Shown here: positions 15,167 through 29,773 of the stretch, in pieces | Layout: every line of letters starts with the position of its first letter | Numbering within the stretch: the stretch's first letter is position 1 | Assembly: GCA_951406725.2 (NCBI GenBank) | Contig: OX597834.1 | Span: 13,702,001-13,766,000 of the forward strand | DNA length: 64,000 bases | DNA from: Octopus vulgaris | Taxonomy: Eukaryota | Reading direction: 5' to 3' | Translations under genes and position numbers: made by a program | The notes under the pieces: model-generated | What the model saw: only the letters and a program-made list of their open reading frames with translations | Told to the model about the DNA's origin: nothing | The model's database searches: none

Positions 15167-16757
15167 CACACGTTATACTTACATATACGAACGTCCAAAC
15201 ATACATATATATGCACGTATGTACAAGGCCAGATTTAAATTGCCCACCAACCACCTCGTAAGCGCGATATGGTCAAAATAAACACCGCAGGGAATATAGT
15301 GACGAATTATATAAATTGATAAATAAGGATAAAATCGATATTTAAATATCGATATTATCAAGTGGCCAGCATGGGAATAAATACCATACAAAGGTAATAC
15401 TTTTTCACAACTCGACCTTCGAACAAATTTACGTGGACAGTTTTGCGAGCAAACTTTGGAACATTTACTTGATTGCTTTCTTTTACAAAAAACTATCTCC
15501 AAATCTCAGTGACATTTCAAAGCACCGTTTCATTAATATATCCTTATTACATCTAATGGAAATTCTCTTCCCATCTCCAAAGAAATAAGGGACAAGGAAC
15601 CCGCTTTTAGTATTTGCGTCATATTTACGATTACGTCGGTATAAAAGCAATTATTATTCGAAATACTGTGTGTAAATGGCTATATATGTATGTATGCGTG
15701 CTTGCGTGACTCAATATGTGCGTGCGTAGATGAGAGAGAATGAGCTTGCTCACCAATGTTGAGCGGAGACAGCAATTAATATGGGCATTTCTCATTATAT
15801 GCCAAGTAAATTTTCGAAGACTTACGTTGTCCATTCTAAAACAATGAGACATTGTTTAAAATAACGCTACCTAATTAATTTCATCTCAGCATATTTATTA
15901 TTGTTCCCTTTTCGTATATGATGATGTATGACTATACATGATGTCACAATAATATCTACATAAAGCGTGGTTATTAAGCTGTTCCTTTGTAAATAGAAAA
16001 ACAATGAGGAATCTTAATCGATTTTCCAATCTCGTTGGATTCTCACCAGAGGCGTCTACATAAATATAACAAAACTATGAGAAACAAACGACCAATCTCT
16101 TTCATATAATCAACAAATTCAGTAGCAACAGCAAACTGGAGTTACCAATTTGTATAACTTAAGTGTTAACACGCCATTTTTAAAATATCAAGAATATGTC
16201 AACGGGGATCACTTTACGCACAATATCAAGGTATGATATTAATATATAAAACCGAAATAATTCCTATAAAATGAGGGCTAATTCAGCCCTTCCACCGTAG
16301 AGGGGAAAGAACAATGAACAGTCTTAATCGACTTCCGAATCTTAGTCGATTCTCAAAGAGACGCCAACATAAGTTTGACCAATCCCAGAGACACAAGATG
16401 TCAATTTTTGCATTTTAGTTAACAGTTACAGGAACTACGCGAAACTAGAGCTATTTTGCATATATTCGTTCAAGAACTATATAAAAGAATCATATACATC
16501 TTTGTAAAAGCATTAAGTAATTTTACCGTTGTTCTGCTAAACTCAAGATAAGATGTTGCTTAACAACCAAAATAACAGTAAAAAGAAGTAGCAAAAGATT
16601 TACTTAGAATTATATTTTATGAATCAAAACCAAATTTTTTTTTCTCAAAATATATATATTTTCCGGGTTATCTTTATGCTTGATGCATTTAAGATGCTAA
16701 CAGAAATTTTATTATCGCTTGAAGAGTTAATGGAGAGATAGATAGATATAAAGGTGC

Positions 16758-16813
<56 letters not shown>

Positions 16814-16815
16814 TA

Positions 16816-16867
<52 letters not shown>

Positions 16868-17163
16868 TCAGTAATAATAAAGGGTGAAATTAATTAATTA
16901 GGGATAATTATCAATTACACCAAGTAGATTTCGGCATGTAAAAGCCCCATTCGAGGAAAATTTAAGTAATACTAAGTAATTAAGGGTTTAGCAACGAATT
17001 GCCTCACCAACACACCGAATTTAGAAATAGCAGTCAAAGAGATATAGCTATTCCTTCTACTAAAAGGGGGATCTCAGTAAAAACACAGCACTTGAAAGGC
17101 AAACACAGACAGGTAAGAAAGAAAGAATGAAATGACGGCAATCTATCATGCAATTTTAAGTTA

Positions 17164-17255
17164 CCTACGGACGTACGTTTCGAGATCAAGTTTTAGGATA
17201 GCATAAGAATTAGAAAATTCTACTTTACCCAAACTTCTTCTCTCATCGGCGCAGG
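17164..17255 (-). ncRNA. Type I hammerhead ribozyme-like motif, inverted copy of 17733-17824
   Basis: Reverse complement of 17733-17824. Confidence 0.75.
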
Positions 17256-17732
17256 ATACCACAATTATGAATAATTGTATATTAAATTTTGAGATACTAG
17301 AATGCATCATCTCAACTCAGTGTCAGAGCGAGCCAAAGCATGACCAGTACCACGAAATTCAAAGTTTGAATGAAAGTTTGTGTCACCAGCCCCCTTTCCA
17401 CCCGCGTGTAGCCAAGACAAAATGCTGCGGTCATTTACTGGGATAAAATATGGTTATCAGTAATAATAAAGGGTGAAATTAATTAATTAGGGATAATTAT
17501 CAATTACACCAAGTAGATTTCGGCATGTAAAAGCCCCATTCGAGGAAAATTTAAGTAATACTAAGTAATTAAGGGTTTAGCAACGAATTGCCTCACCAAC
17601 ACACCGAATTTAGAAATAGCAGTCAAAGAGATATAGCTATTCCTTCTACTAAAAGGGGGATCTCACTAAAAGTTGAGATGATGCATTCTAGTATCTCAAA
17701 ATTTAATATACAATTATTCATAATTGTGGTAT

Positions 17733-17824
17733 CCTGCGCCGATGAGAGAAGAAGTTTGGGTAAAGTAGAATTTTCTAATTCTTATGCTATCCTAAAACTT
17801 GATCTCGAAACGTACGTCCGTAGG
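17733..17824 (+). ncRNA. Type I hammerhead ribozyme-like motif (CCGA core)
   Basis: Helix I cctgcg/cgtagg; core CCGATGA; helix II gaga...tctc with a long extension; GAA; palindromic helix III ACGTACGT; GUC cleavage triplet ending at 17818. Confidence 0.75.
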
Positions 17825-18021
17825 TAACTTAAAATTGCATGATAGATTGCCGTCATTTCATTCTTTCTTTCTTACCTGTCTGTGTTTGCCTTTCAAGTGC
17901 TGTGTTTTTACTGAGATCCCCCTTTTAGTAGAAGGAATAGCTATATCTCTTTGACTGCTATTTCTAAATTCGGTGTGTTGGTGAGGCAATTCGTTGCTAA
18001 ACCCTTAATTACTTAGTATTA

Positions 18022-18097
<76 letters not shown>

Positions 18098-21062
18098 TAT
18101 ATCCAAACTTTGCGTTGCTTTGTGATTTTGTTTTATTTTTACCTACTTCAAGTTTATATAATTTTTAATTCAACTTCATAGCAATTATTAATGAAAAAAT
18201 AGATGCAGATATATAAATAAGTAATAACGGCTCCTTTAGAATTTTCTTCATCTACTAATGTATGCTTCAGTCACGTGGCAATGAATCTAAAGTTGTTCTG
18301 CCATTGATTCATATAAGATTGATAGAATAGTGGGACCTTTATCATACAGTGAGGTACCTTGCTTTATTTGAAACTAAGACAGTATATGATAACAAGTAAA
18401 ATACAGTTTCAAATGTTTGACCATTCTTTATTAATTAAGAAAATCAAACAGAACAACGAAACTTAAATATTAATAAAATGACCAAATAATGCTAATAATG
18501 ATCCTATATTTTAGAATTTATTTTCTATTTATTTTACTCATCGTATTACGTTGAAAACTTTTCAGCTATTATTATTTTTGTTTTCTATTTTATAATTGTA
18601 TTAGGATTGTGATTTTCTTTATAAATTTGTATGTTCTTTCAAAATTAATTCATTTTTCTGTCATTTCTAATTATAGAATTATATATTGAATTGAAAATAA
18701 ATTGCATGTGGCATCATTTTAATGAAATGTCTTCATTAATTCTAAAGACTTCTCGAGAACACACGCCACATAAAGAAATTAAATGCAACGATAACAAACT
18801 AAAAATATAAACAAAAAGTCAACAACATTAAATCTATGAATCCATCAAGCAAACTACCGCCATAGAAAATTAAATAAAACAAAAATTGTAAATCTAATTA
18901 TACATATCTCGGCAATCTTTTAGTAGTGCGTTTTCAAGTGAAAAATGGAAGTTGTAGAATAAAGATTGTGGACAAAAGAGATATGAAGCCGTTTACTTGC
19001 AGCATGGAATTACTAGAAATCTGATTGGCAAATAGAAAGTGGTGCAGAATCGAGTTCTTAACATACTGAGTTTAACAATACCAAGCTATCTTGCAATGGT
19101 TTTTACAGCTGTTGATATCGTTTAGGTTTGTTCTTCCTGTCGATGTTTTCTGGGGTTTTTTTTAAATCATTATTTTAATTTCGTTATTACTGTTCTCGTT
19201 TTTATTTTGATTCTGTAAACATCTTGATGAATTAAAACTAGAAGAATTGTAGATTTGTTTTGATTAGTCAAGAATACAATAGCTTATATAAAAAAAAATA
19301 TTTTACTCGTTTTGGTTTGAAGAGTCTTCACACAGTTTTATATATAAGAGATAGATGAGAAAATTGTTTCTTTTAAATTACTCAACTATTCAGTAGCATA
19401 CATTTCGAGTATAATATGTAACCGTCGGCCAGTTTGTGTACCAACAGACTGTCTCTGCAACAATTTCGTATTTACAATATTTTGTGGAAGGGAGAGAAAC
19501 AGAGACACGTAAGCTCGATATCCCTGACTACGACTGAAAGTAAAATTTACAAATTATAATCTACAAATTATACTAATCTATAGAAATATACCATTCATTA
19601 CTTGCAATGCCATTTCTGTATCTACCTAGCAATTTTGTATTACCGCAATTGTTTGGAATCTAATCACCAGTCATCGGTCAAGCATATAATTTACCGAGAT
19701 TTACATTCATAAAGGCAAAATTTATTTGCAAAGGAGTGGTTTGTGGATTAAGTTTACCTGTAGTTTGTAAAAGAAGGAGCAAGATTTCTCGTTGTATATT
19801 TTGTTGGTCTTGAACGCCACAGTTAATCTTGGTAGAAACCATTCTTGGAGGTACCGATGATAAGGTCTGCATGGACTTTGTTTAATTTCAATTGATAAGC
19901 GTTACGTCCTTTGACAAAGTTTCCAGGTAGTATTACATTAAAGACATAGCTCAAAGTGTACCCACAGGCACAAACGTATTTTGTCTGAGTCTGATGAAAG
20001 AACAGCTCAAATAGTTTTGGTTACCGATATTTTACTGATCCTATGTTATACAACGGAATACTGAGCCCGATTCCGGATGTGTCTCGTCGTTGCTACACAC
20101 AGACATACAATGACTCAATGGCAAACATATTAAGATTGTTGCCCGATAAAACAATCTTTCATAAATTACACTAGTTATCTAAAGAACACCTTTGCTTAGG
20201 CCAGCTTGAGACATCATGCTTTATTTTTTCCATGGTCTAAAACTCATCTACATTGTCTTTACCCTCAATTACATGAAACCAACTTCTGAATATTAATCAT
20301 GTAGAATTGCTAATGTGCAAAATATAATGCAAATTTCATATATTCATATATTCAAAATAGTTTGTGTTAATATCGTGAGGTCTTGAATGGAGCCAGATGA
20401 CCGGTGGCAGAGAAAACCTTTCTCACTAATATATTAAATCATTGTAGATTGAAATGGGTTATAACTTTCAAATAGATTCCCAAATATACTAATCAGACAC
20501 AATGCTTACAAGATTAGCTAATTGAATGCACCGGTTTTGCTGTTTTTAAAGAAGAAAATAGGGACGCAATAAGATCAATGGCTAGAAAACAAAATTAAGA
20601 AATGACTATAGGGCACCTACAAGAGCAAGATAGGTTACAACCGTTCTTGAAATTCAAAGAGATGGGAGTTGTTGTGAGCCTGGCTGCACCCCGTGAGTAA
20701 ATGCGTAAAGATATGTTATAAAGGTGGAATTTTTGTTTTAGAAGCCAACAGCGGTTTTGTAAACATACTTTTACTGTGTTGAGCATCTTTCACCATTCCT
20801 CATAAAAACTTTCACGTATTTATTCATCTTCACTTTACAAAAAGGAATTTTCCCTATTTCAGACAACAACGTATGAAAATTGGGAAAACTGGAAGATGTT
20901 CTTTGTCCCAGTGTCTATACATAAACTGGAAATTAGGTCCCCCTCTAAAGAAAATTCCACACGCACATATAAATATATTTGAAATTGAAAAAAAAAAAAC
21001 CGTACTTGCTTCTATAAGGACAGTTTGAAAACGACCGTTTGAAAATGAAAGTGACAGAATCA

Positions 21063-21271
21063 TGTGTGTCTGTGTTTGTCCCCCTAGCATTGCTTGACAA
21101 CCGATGCTGGTGTGTCTACGTCCCCGCCACTTAGCGGTTCGGCAAAAGAGACCGATAGAATAAGTACTGGGCTTACAAAGAATAAGTTCCGGGGACGATT
21201 TGATCGACTAAAGGCGGTGCTCCAGCATGGCCGCAGTCAAATGACTGAAAAAAGTAAAAGAGTAAAAGAGT
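21063..21271 (+). mobile_element. SINE family B, 3' half
   Basis: tgtgtctgtgtttgtccccctagcattgcttgacaaccgatgctgg...gtaaaagagtaaaagag. Confidence 0.88.
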
Positions 21272-21678
21272 AATCGAATAGACGAACGCAAACATTTCAG
21301 CGGAAAAATAACGTGGCGGATAATGAAATTAAAACATAAGTCCGCATGCACCTAGATATTCTCTGCAACCACGTTCATGATTCGTAAGCTTAGCGACGGA
21401 CAGCATGCAGAGAAAATTTTCCATATGCGCATCATATTTAATTAAAGTAAAAAACGTGTATATATTTAGATGTAGCGACGCTACTTTGGCAATTTCTACG
21501 AGGAAGCAGTTTACATTCTTATTTGATGCAGCTCCATCCGCTATACAATGGTAAACACTTTCGAGAGAAAAAAAAATGGAATCAGGTAGTAAATTTTCAA
21601 TTGTCCGACTTAATTAAAATGTGGGACAAGCCTAAGAAGTCGCATAAAGTGTGTTCCTTGCTATATATATATATATAC

Positions 21679-21801
<123 letters not shown>

Positions 21802-22065
21802 ATGGATTGTGTACATAGGTAACTAGACGGGGGGGGATACGTGAGCTGAAATACTTTTAAGTGTGTCTGTGGATGTACATGCATCAATGTAAAGATATAC
21901 AGAGATATTATATATACATGCATACATACATATGTGTGTCTGTGTGTTTATATGTGCGCATGCGTGTATGTGTGAATCATTATGCATGCATATATATATA
22001 TACACACACACAATATATATATATATGTGTGTGTATGTATGTATGTATATATATATATGTATTTA

Positions 22066-22114
<49 letters not shown>

Positions 22115-22183
22115 CTAAATATGTATATGTATATATATGTATCTATATATGTATATGTGTATATATGCATGTATGCACACACT

Positions 22184-22282
<99 letters not shown>

Positions 22283-22940
22283 AGAGGGAGAAATAAGTAG
22301 AGAGACAGGCGGAGGGAGAGAGTATTTCATACACGCAACCATATTTAAATAAATGTTTACATATGCGAGTGCGCTGTGCGTTTGTACGTGTTCCTATGCA
22401 CGATCCGAACAAGGAGGCAATTTATTCAGTACGTTTTATGCTCATTTTTTCTCTCATATGCGTCCATTTTAATATGCATCTATTTTAAATTTCTCTTTAC
22501 CGTTTTTTTTTTCTTCCATAGTTTTGATGAAATTTTCAAATAGTCTCAACAACAATTAGAATTTCCATTCAAACTTAATGTTTGTTATCGTTACTGTTAT
22601 TGTTATTGTAGTTGTTATTGTCGTTCTTGCAATTTCCTTAGCAGGTGTTTGTGTGTCATTCCATTGTTCACCGAACAATAGAAAACAGTTAGAGTATATT
22701 GAATTTCTAGAGAAATGTTTAAGCCTATTCCAATGATGTGTTTTGTAATGGTGTGTATTTGAACACATATATTCACTTAGACTCACCACCGACACATATG
22801 TCCATAGACACACAATATATAAATGGGTAGAGAGATACAATATCGATGGGTATAGAAAAAAGGATGATTATACTTTACGACAAAAAACATTCCCATATAT
22901 CTATTCAAGTGTATACTTCTTTGTGTATTATACATATATA

Positions 22941-24217
22941 CAAGGGTTGGACAAAATAATGGAAACACCTAGCATCATAAGATCATTGTTTTGGAGTATC
23001 TATAAAACCGTCAAAAGCTGGTGTATTTTTTTATGTTTTTTAGTTTCTTATTAGTGTTGCTTAATATGTTTTGCTAAAATTGCTGTTGCTTTTCAGATGT
23101 CATCAGAAAAAGTTAATTTAAATTCATTGAAATGAACCGATCTATCTGACTTTCAAAGATGTCAAATTGTTGGTGTTCGTATGGCAGGCACTAGCATAAT
23201 GAGAACAGTCGAAATGTTAGGTGTATCAAGAAGTACCGCCTCAGAAGTAATCACAGCCTTTGAGAAAGAGGGGAAAACCTCCTCGTCGAAACGAAACTCC
23301 AGAAGAAATCCAAAACCTTGAGATAGGGATCGTCGAACTCTTTCGTGAATTGTTAGAAAGGACCACAAAAGTACAGCTTTTGAAATTACTGCAAAGCTTA
23401 ATGACATCCTTGTGAACCCAGTTTCCATAAAACCTGTTCGCCGAGAACTGCACAAGCCCGATGTTACGGTAGGGCTGGAAACAGAAAAACACTGTTTTCA
23501 AAAACGAACATTGCAAAGCGGTTAGTGTGGGGTGAAAAATTTACAGAATTGGTCCCTAGAGTAGTGGAAGAATGTTATTTGCTCGGACGAGTCATCCTTT
23601 ACCTTATTTCCGACTACTGGCCAAGTAAACTTGAGGAGACCTCCAAAAGAAACATTTGGCCCAGACTGCCTTCTTCCAACTGTTAAACCTAGAGGAGGAT
23701 CGGTGAGGATATGGGGCTACTATTTCTTTGAAATCCGCTGGCCCAATAGTTTCACTTCGTATCAAAATTAATATTCATAACTATTTAAGCATTTTATCTT
23801 AACAAACTCATCCTATGGATGGGGAACCCTTTCCTGGGGCAAACGCAATCTTTCATTTAATGCAGCAATTCACACAGCTAAAGTTGTTGCTGAGTGGCAC
23901 GAGCCACAATCTACGGAAGTTGAACATCTTTCTTTTCGGGCCACGACAATCACCAGATCTCAATATTATTGAGCATTTATGGTGCATTGTAGAAAAACAA
24001 GTTAGGAGCCGATATCCTCCACCATCATCACTACAAGAACTGAAGGCTGTTTTAGCTGAAGAATGGACGAAAATTACTTTGAAAGCAATTCAAACTTTGT
24101 ACGACTCCATACCTCACAGAATTCAAGCTGTAATTATTGTCAAAGTTGATCCTCTCCCATATTAAAATAAATTTCTTGGAAATTTTAAAGTGTTTCCATT
24201 ATTTTGTCTAATCTGTG
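22941..24217 (+). mobile_element. Tc1-like DNA transposon, full length with defective transposase
   Basis: TIRs caagggttggacaaaataatggaaacac / gtgtttccattattttgtctaatctgtg, flanked by TA. Transposase relic from about 23132 (DLSDFQRCQIVGVRMAG...) with NVICSDES and SPDLNIIEHLW, broken by frameshifts and stops. Confidence 0.92.
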
Positions 24218-24629
24218 TATATGTGTGTGTGATTACTCTTTCGAGGTATACAAATAACACGGAAAAAATTAGTAAATAGTTACCATTTTAGTAAAAAATT
24301 CACATAAGTACCAAGGATGTTAGTTATCATAATGCACACACAACAATTATTTATGAATATGAACCTAATTATTCTTGTACTGGCAGAATGATATTCGGGT
24401 AATATGTCATAGTCTTACTCCCCTCCCACTATTCCACTTGAATGTACATTCTTTTGGGGTAAACTCATTCTTCAGCCAGAGTGAGTCATGGCATCTATAT
24501 ATATGTTTGTGCCGTGTATTTTAAATTATTTTAAATGTCCTTGATTGTAAAATTTATTTATTTATCAGAAGAAAACAATGTTTTATGGCAATATCATGAA
24601 CTCATTGATCAATAGAAAAAAGTTCATTA

Positions 24630-24765
24630 GAAACCCAGGTTCGAAATTTCCCCAAGACACCTGACGAAGGCTGGGGGGGGGGGTATATCAGCCGAAATGC
24701 TGTGTTAACAACAAACCAGATGAGGACAAAAATTCGTCAAATGTAAATACTGTAAATAATGTAAT
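24630..24765 (+). mobile_element. PLE-end remnant with minimal HHR (24656-24706)
   Basis: gacac-CTGACGA-a-ggctg...cagcc-GAAA-tgct-gtgtt; helix III is mutated. Homologous to 60890-61050. Confidence 0.7.
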
Positions 24766-25299
24766 ATCATTTTATTTAAAAGTTTGTGATTTTAAGCCTA
24801 TCGGTGAACCGAGTACCGTCGAATAATTTCTTTTGACTTATTCTCATGTAAAACAAAACATGTTTCACTTAAGTATGGTAACCGAAGAAATGAAAGTGTT
24901 TATTAACACTGGCTATCCTTCATTGCATTGCTTAAGGCTGAGTATCTACTAGACCTTGGTGTACTTTGGCGGAGATTAACCTGTTTCGGATATGTTTTCC
25001 TTGTTTTCAACCACACCTTTCATTACATGAAATCAGTTTAAACGGTATATATGTAGAAAAGGAAAACAAGTATATATGCAATCACTTTTTGGTAATTCCT
25101 AATCAGTCATTCAAAAATTATATTTTATTTGAAATTGCGCGATTTTCACTATATCGTACAAACAACTGCCATCGAACAATTTCTTAAGTTGAATTAAATT
25201 TGGTGGCAGAAAGTCTGAAAATGACTATTGTTATTGGGAATCCATCCCTGCATATCTTCAATGAGAGTACCTACTAGAACTTTTTTGTTTGTTCCTGCT

Positions 25300-25579
25300 C
25301 AAGCCATGCCTGGCTCATAAGGGCCGGTTTCTCGGTTTCCTTGGCGTTATAGGTTCCCCACCTGGATGAGACACCGGTCCATCGCAGATGAGGTGCTAGA
25401 TGCAGGTGGAGAGAGTGAGAGAAATTTGTGGCAAAAGAGTCAGCAGAAGTTCGCCATTACCTTCCGCGTGGATCTTAGGTGTTTTTCTCATAAACCGACA
25501 CATCGCCCGATCTGAATCCGAACCCGCGATCCCTCAATTGCGAGTCCGCTGCTCTAACCACTAGGCCATGTGCCTCCAC
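25300..25579 (-). mobile_element. SINE with family A head and tail T2
   Basis: Head gtggaggcacatggcctagtggttagagcagcggactcgc resembles family A. The tail resembles 60355-60445 and 30572-30672. Confidence 0.8.
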
Positions 25580-25645
25580 ACCTACTAGAACTTGGGATAC
25601 TTTGGTGGAGTATAGCCTGTCTCATTTATATTCTCCATGTTTTCA

Positions 25646-26056
25646 AGGAGTGGCTGTGTGGTAAGTTGCTTGCTTAGCAACCACATGGTTCCGGGTTCAG
25701 TCCCACTGCGTGACATCTTGGGCAAGTGTCTTCTGCTATAGCCCCAGTTCGACCAAAGCCTTGTGAGTGGATTTGGTAGACGGAAACTGAAAGAAGCCTG
25801 TCGTATATATGTATATATATATGTATATATGTATGTGTGTGTATATATTTGTGTGTCTGTGTTTGTCCCCCTAGCATTGCTTGACAACCGATGCTGGTGT
25901 GTTTATGTCCCCGTCACTTAGCGGTTCGGCAAAAGAGACCGATAGAATAAGTACTGGGCTTACAAAGAATAAGTCCCAGGGTCGATCTGCTCGACTAAAG
26001 GCGGTGCTCCAGCATGGCCGCAGTCAAATGACTGAAACAAGTAAAAGCGTAAAGAG
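25646..26056 (+). mobile_element. SINE family B, near full length
   Basis: Closely matches 62146-62554 and contains an internal TA/TG microsatellite. Confidence 0.92.
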
Positions 26057-26898
26057 AATCACGCACTTTTTTTCTTTCCTGCCACAGGATTTTATACACT
26101 ACTTTGGACATTTTTCAGTTATGTAAGTAAACACCCGTCACACGTTTAACACAGAATATCTACAACAAATAATTGAATATAACCAACAATAAAATAAATA
26201 TACATTCACAATATTAATGACGATGTTACCATGTCGAACGTTGATGTTGTTTTGCTACCAGTGAGGAAGAAACTTGAATCTAACTTAAGTATAATATGAA
26301 CAAGGAATCAAGAATTAAATGAAATATTTAAAACAAAGCGCTATTCTAATATTCTCTTATTCTAGGCGTCAAATATTGTAATTCTGTCACTTTCTCAGCT
26401 AAACGAATATTTATGTTAGATAATACTTCTTAGTTCCTTTGAATAGCTTTGTTTCGTTTGCATCTTTCATAACAGAATAAAGTTATGCTCTCATATACAA
26501 CTTAATAATTAATGTGTTCCTATAAGATTGTCTCCCTCGGATTCATTTTGTAGCTCGGTATATGTGTGATTGTGTGTGTGTTTGTACTTGTGTATATGAA
26601 GGCATGTGAATATGTATGCGTGTACACGCTTCTAGGCGTGCGTATTTATTTGTCTTTGAGTCTTTGTATAGCTCTTTCGTTTCATCTTTTTCCGTTTCTG
26701 TCATTATGCTACATGGTAGATGGTAGTTGGAAGTTCCAGGGTAATTCTTCACGAATTGCTTAATAATTAATATTTCTCTTATAGTTTCGTATAATGCAGA
26801 GAAGAGAGAGCTTATGAATATAATATTCATATATGTGAGTGTGTGTGTATACGTATTTTCACATGCACACACATTCATATGCACGCACAAAACACACA

Positions 26899-26937
<39 letters not shown>

Positions 26938-26963
26938 GTGTATATATATATATATATATATAC

Positions 26964-26999
<36 letters not shown>

Positions 27000-27131
27000 T
27001 CATACACATGCATATATATATATATTATGCGAGTATATAAATATAGATACACTCATATATTTATATGTATGTAAATATATGTACACACAAAAACGCACAT
27101 ACACATGACTATAAGCATGTATATGTATATG

Positions 27132-27178
<47 letters not shown>

Positions 27179-27222
27179 TATATATACACATATATGCGTA
27201 TGTGCATGTATATATACATATG

Positions 27223-27266
<44 letters not shown>

Positions 27267-27325
27267 GTATGTGCGTATATATGTGTATATATATGTACGT
27301 ATATATATATATATATATATATATG

Positions 27326-27380
<55 letters not shown>

Positions 27381-27871
27381 ATATATATATATATATACAT
27401 GATGTTTAAGCAGATAAGCTCTTTATGCGTAAATGAGAATTAGAATTTTGCCGTGCTTTCGGTTCGGCTCAGACTATTGATATATTCCCCAAATGCCCAG
27501 TTCTTTTCGTGACGTGTTATTTCTAATGAATTCAGTATCTTTATAATTAGCGTATTTAATGATTCCAAGAAGCGTAGACGGAAAGTTGAATAGAATACGA
27601 AAGAGAACATGGTAGAACATGTAATGTGACGGCGTGGTGTTGGAGGTAAATGATGTGTGAAGAAACAAGATATAAAAGATAGGAAGATTCTTCAAACAAG
27701 CCATGTCAGAAATAGAATCAGCAGAGAAGAAATTTTACTGTCTCTTCGACGGCAGTGTTTCGTAATGAAAGAAATGAACATTTGTAGATATGAAAATGAA
27801 TCCTCGAACGAATTATTAAGAAGCTATGCATGTGTGTATATGTGCATGCGTAACTTCATGCATATGTACAC

Positions 27872-27935
<64 letters not shown>

Positions 27936-27968
27936 GTGAGTACTCATTTTTGCTGTCTGTGTATTATA

Positions 27969-28015
<47 letters not shown>

Positions 28016-28032
28016 CATGTATATGTAAGTAT

Positions 28033-28069
<37 letters not shown>

Positions 28070-28248
28070 AGTATATATATATATATGTAGACGTATGTGT
28101 ACGTGTGTGTGTATATGTATACAAACGTACATATATGTAGAATGTATGAATATGTTTATACGCATATAGATTTTGTATATATGCATATATATGTATAAAT
28201 ATAAATATATGTATGTGCATATATGTCTATAAATATAAAGTGTGTATG

Positions 28249-28354
<106 letters not shown>

Positions 28355-29073
28355 ATGTATGTATATATATATGTATATATATATATATTTATATATATAT
28401 ATATATCATTTACGGTCCTGGTGCGTGCATGGACAAAAGAGATAGTGTTCGGTTTTGCTAGAGTAAGCAAAATTCATTAAGCGCATACTCTATATTTATA
28501 TTATTAATAATATTCCTTTACGTTACGAGATCAAATCCTGTCTGAATTTTGAGTTGCTGCTTCTTTAATGTAATCTGGTTGATGATAAATTTATTCACTT
28601 ATTATCAGAGATTTATTTATTCTACACATTATTTGCCGTGACTGACCGTACTGTTGTTGTGGTTCACATGCAGGGGACATATCCCCCGTCTGATGTATCA
28701 AATGCATTTCGAATGTATACACAAATGTATGTGTGTGTGTGGGGAGGAGGAAATTGGCGAGTGCTGATATCGCCTATGAGTTGTTAGCGCACAGATTTCG
28801 TAAATTGAATACATGGGAGTTACACAAGTGTATATATATTGATGTCTTGCACTTTGATGCAATGAAAACATGTCGGAGGTTAAAAGAGTAAAATATATTA
28901 ATAACTATAAGGAAACGTATGATAGGATATTTCGTAAAATTATGGCAACTTTGTCAGCATTTATCATATGCCGTCCAGTTATATAAATATACGTTGATTA
29001 TGCGCATGCGTTTATATACATACATGCATGCATACATATTTATATACAAATATATATGTATATATATATATAC

Positions 29074-29111
<38 letters not shown>

Positions 29112-29112
29112 G

Positions 29113-29174
29113 ATTTGATTTTGATTTTGATTTTTCCAGTTTCAGCTTATGAGCTGTGGCCATGCTGGGGCACC

Positions 29175-29178
<4 letters not shown>
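29113..29178 (-). mobile_element. SINE 3' tail fragment related to family B
   Basis: Reverse complement ggcggtgccccagcatggccacagc...gctgaaactggaaaa followed by (atcaaa)n; embedded in (TA)n. Confidence 0.6.
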
Positions 29179-29248
<70 letters not shown>

Positions 29249-29257
29249 TATATGTAC

Positions 29258-29292
<35 letters not shown>

Positions 29293-29301
29293 AGCGTAAT
29301 A

Positions 29302-29486
29302 AGATAAAAAACCCAAGGCTGTACAGATATTAGAGCATTTATAGATAAAAGGTCTTACAGCTGTTTCTAGCATATTTATTAATTAGAACACTTCATCGCG
29401 ATATAATTAATAAATATCCTAGAAACAGCTGTAAGACCTTATATCTATAAATCCTCTAATATCTACACAACCTTAGTTTTTTATCT
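29302..29486. repeat. Fold-back inverted repeat (~84-bp arms) containing an HHR 3' half
   Basis: Arms 29302-29385 and 29404-29486. The right arm has GAA-ACAGCTGT-A-agacc (palindromic helix III). Adjacent to (TA)n. Confidence 0.75.
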
Positions 29487-29645
29487 GTTTCGGCAAGACA
29501 TTCTTATGTACCTAAGCTGATATAGAACCAACGTTGAGGCCTTTATTCGCAATACTACCGAAACAGGACCTTAACTTTGGTCTGTCTCACCAGCAAAATT
29601 CTTTTTACCTCTGTCTTCCCTTCTCGGGATCTTTCCTTCTCCTTT

Positions 29646-29680
29646 GTTTCCGACGAAGAACTCCGCTCGAAATGTTAAAC
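29646..29680 (+). ncRNA. Degenerate minimal HHR-like motif (CCGA core) in a PLE-end-like remnant spanning about 29600-29778
   Basis: gttt-CCGACGA-a-gaac-tcc-gctc-GAA-atgt-t-aaac, with one mismatch each in helices II and III. The remnant ends in (TA)n. Confidence 0.6.
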
Positions 29681-29773
29681 CCTCCTTCCCTTCTTTCCTG
29701 AGCGTCAAATAATACTTTAATTGTTCCACGTCCTCGCGTTGCTGTGTTTTTTTCTGTGTTTTCTTGTTTGAAT

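Larger units (their letters stand above)
16864..18025. mobile_element. Non-coding HHR-bearing retroelement (retrozyme/non-autonomous PLE-like): 589-bp monomer, partial tandem copy and inverted copy
   Basis: Direct repeat 16864-17076 = 17453-17665 (period 589). Inverted repeat 16963-17317 versus 17671-18025. (TA)n on both sides and no recognisable coding ORF. Confidence 0.8.

Noticed and set aside
19988-20012. CTGATGA heptamer
   Set aside because: No helix II, GAAA or helix I pairing around it, so not a hammerhead.
19640-20760. Coding-like sequence, possibly an ancient LTR-retrotransposon relic (IEGKDNV on the minus strand near 20265)
   Set aside because: Only one short motif; cannot be assigned by eye.
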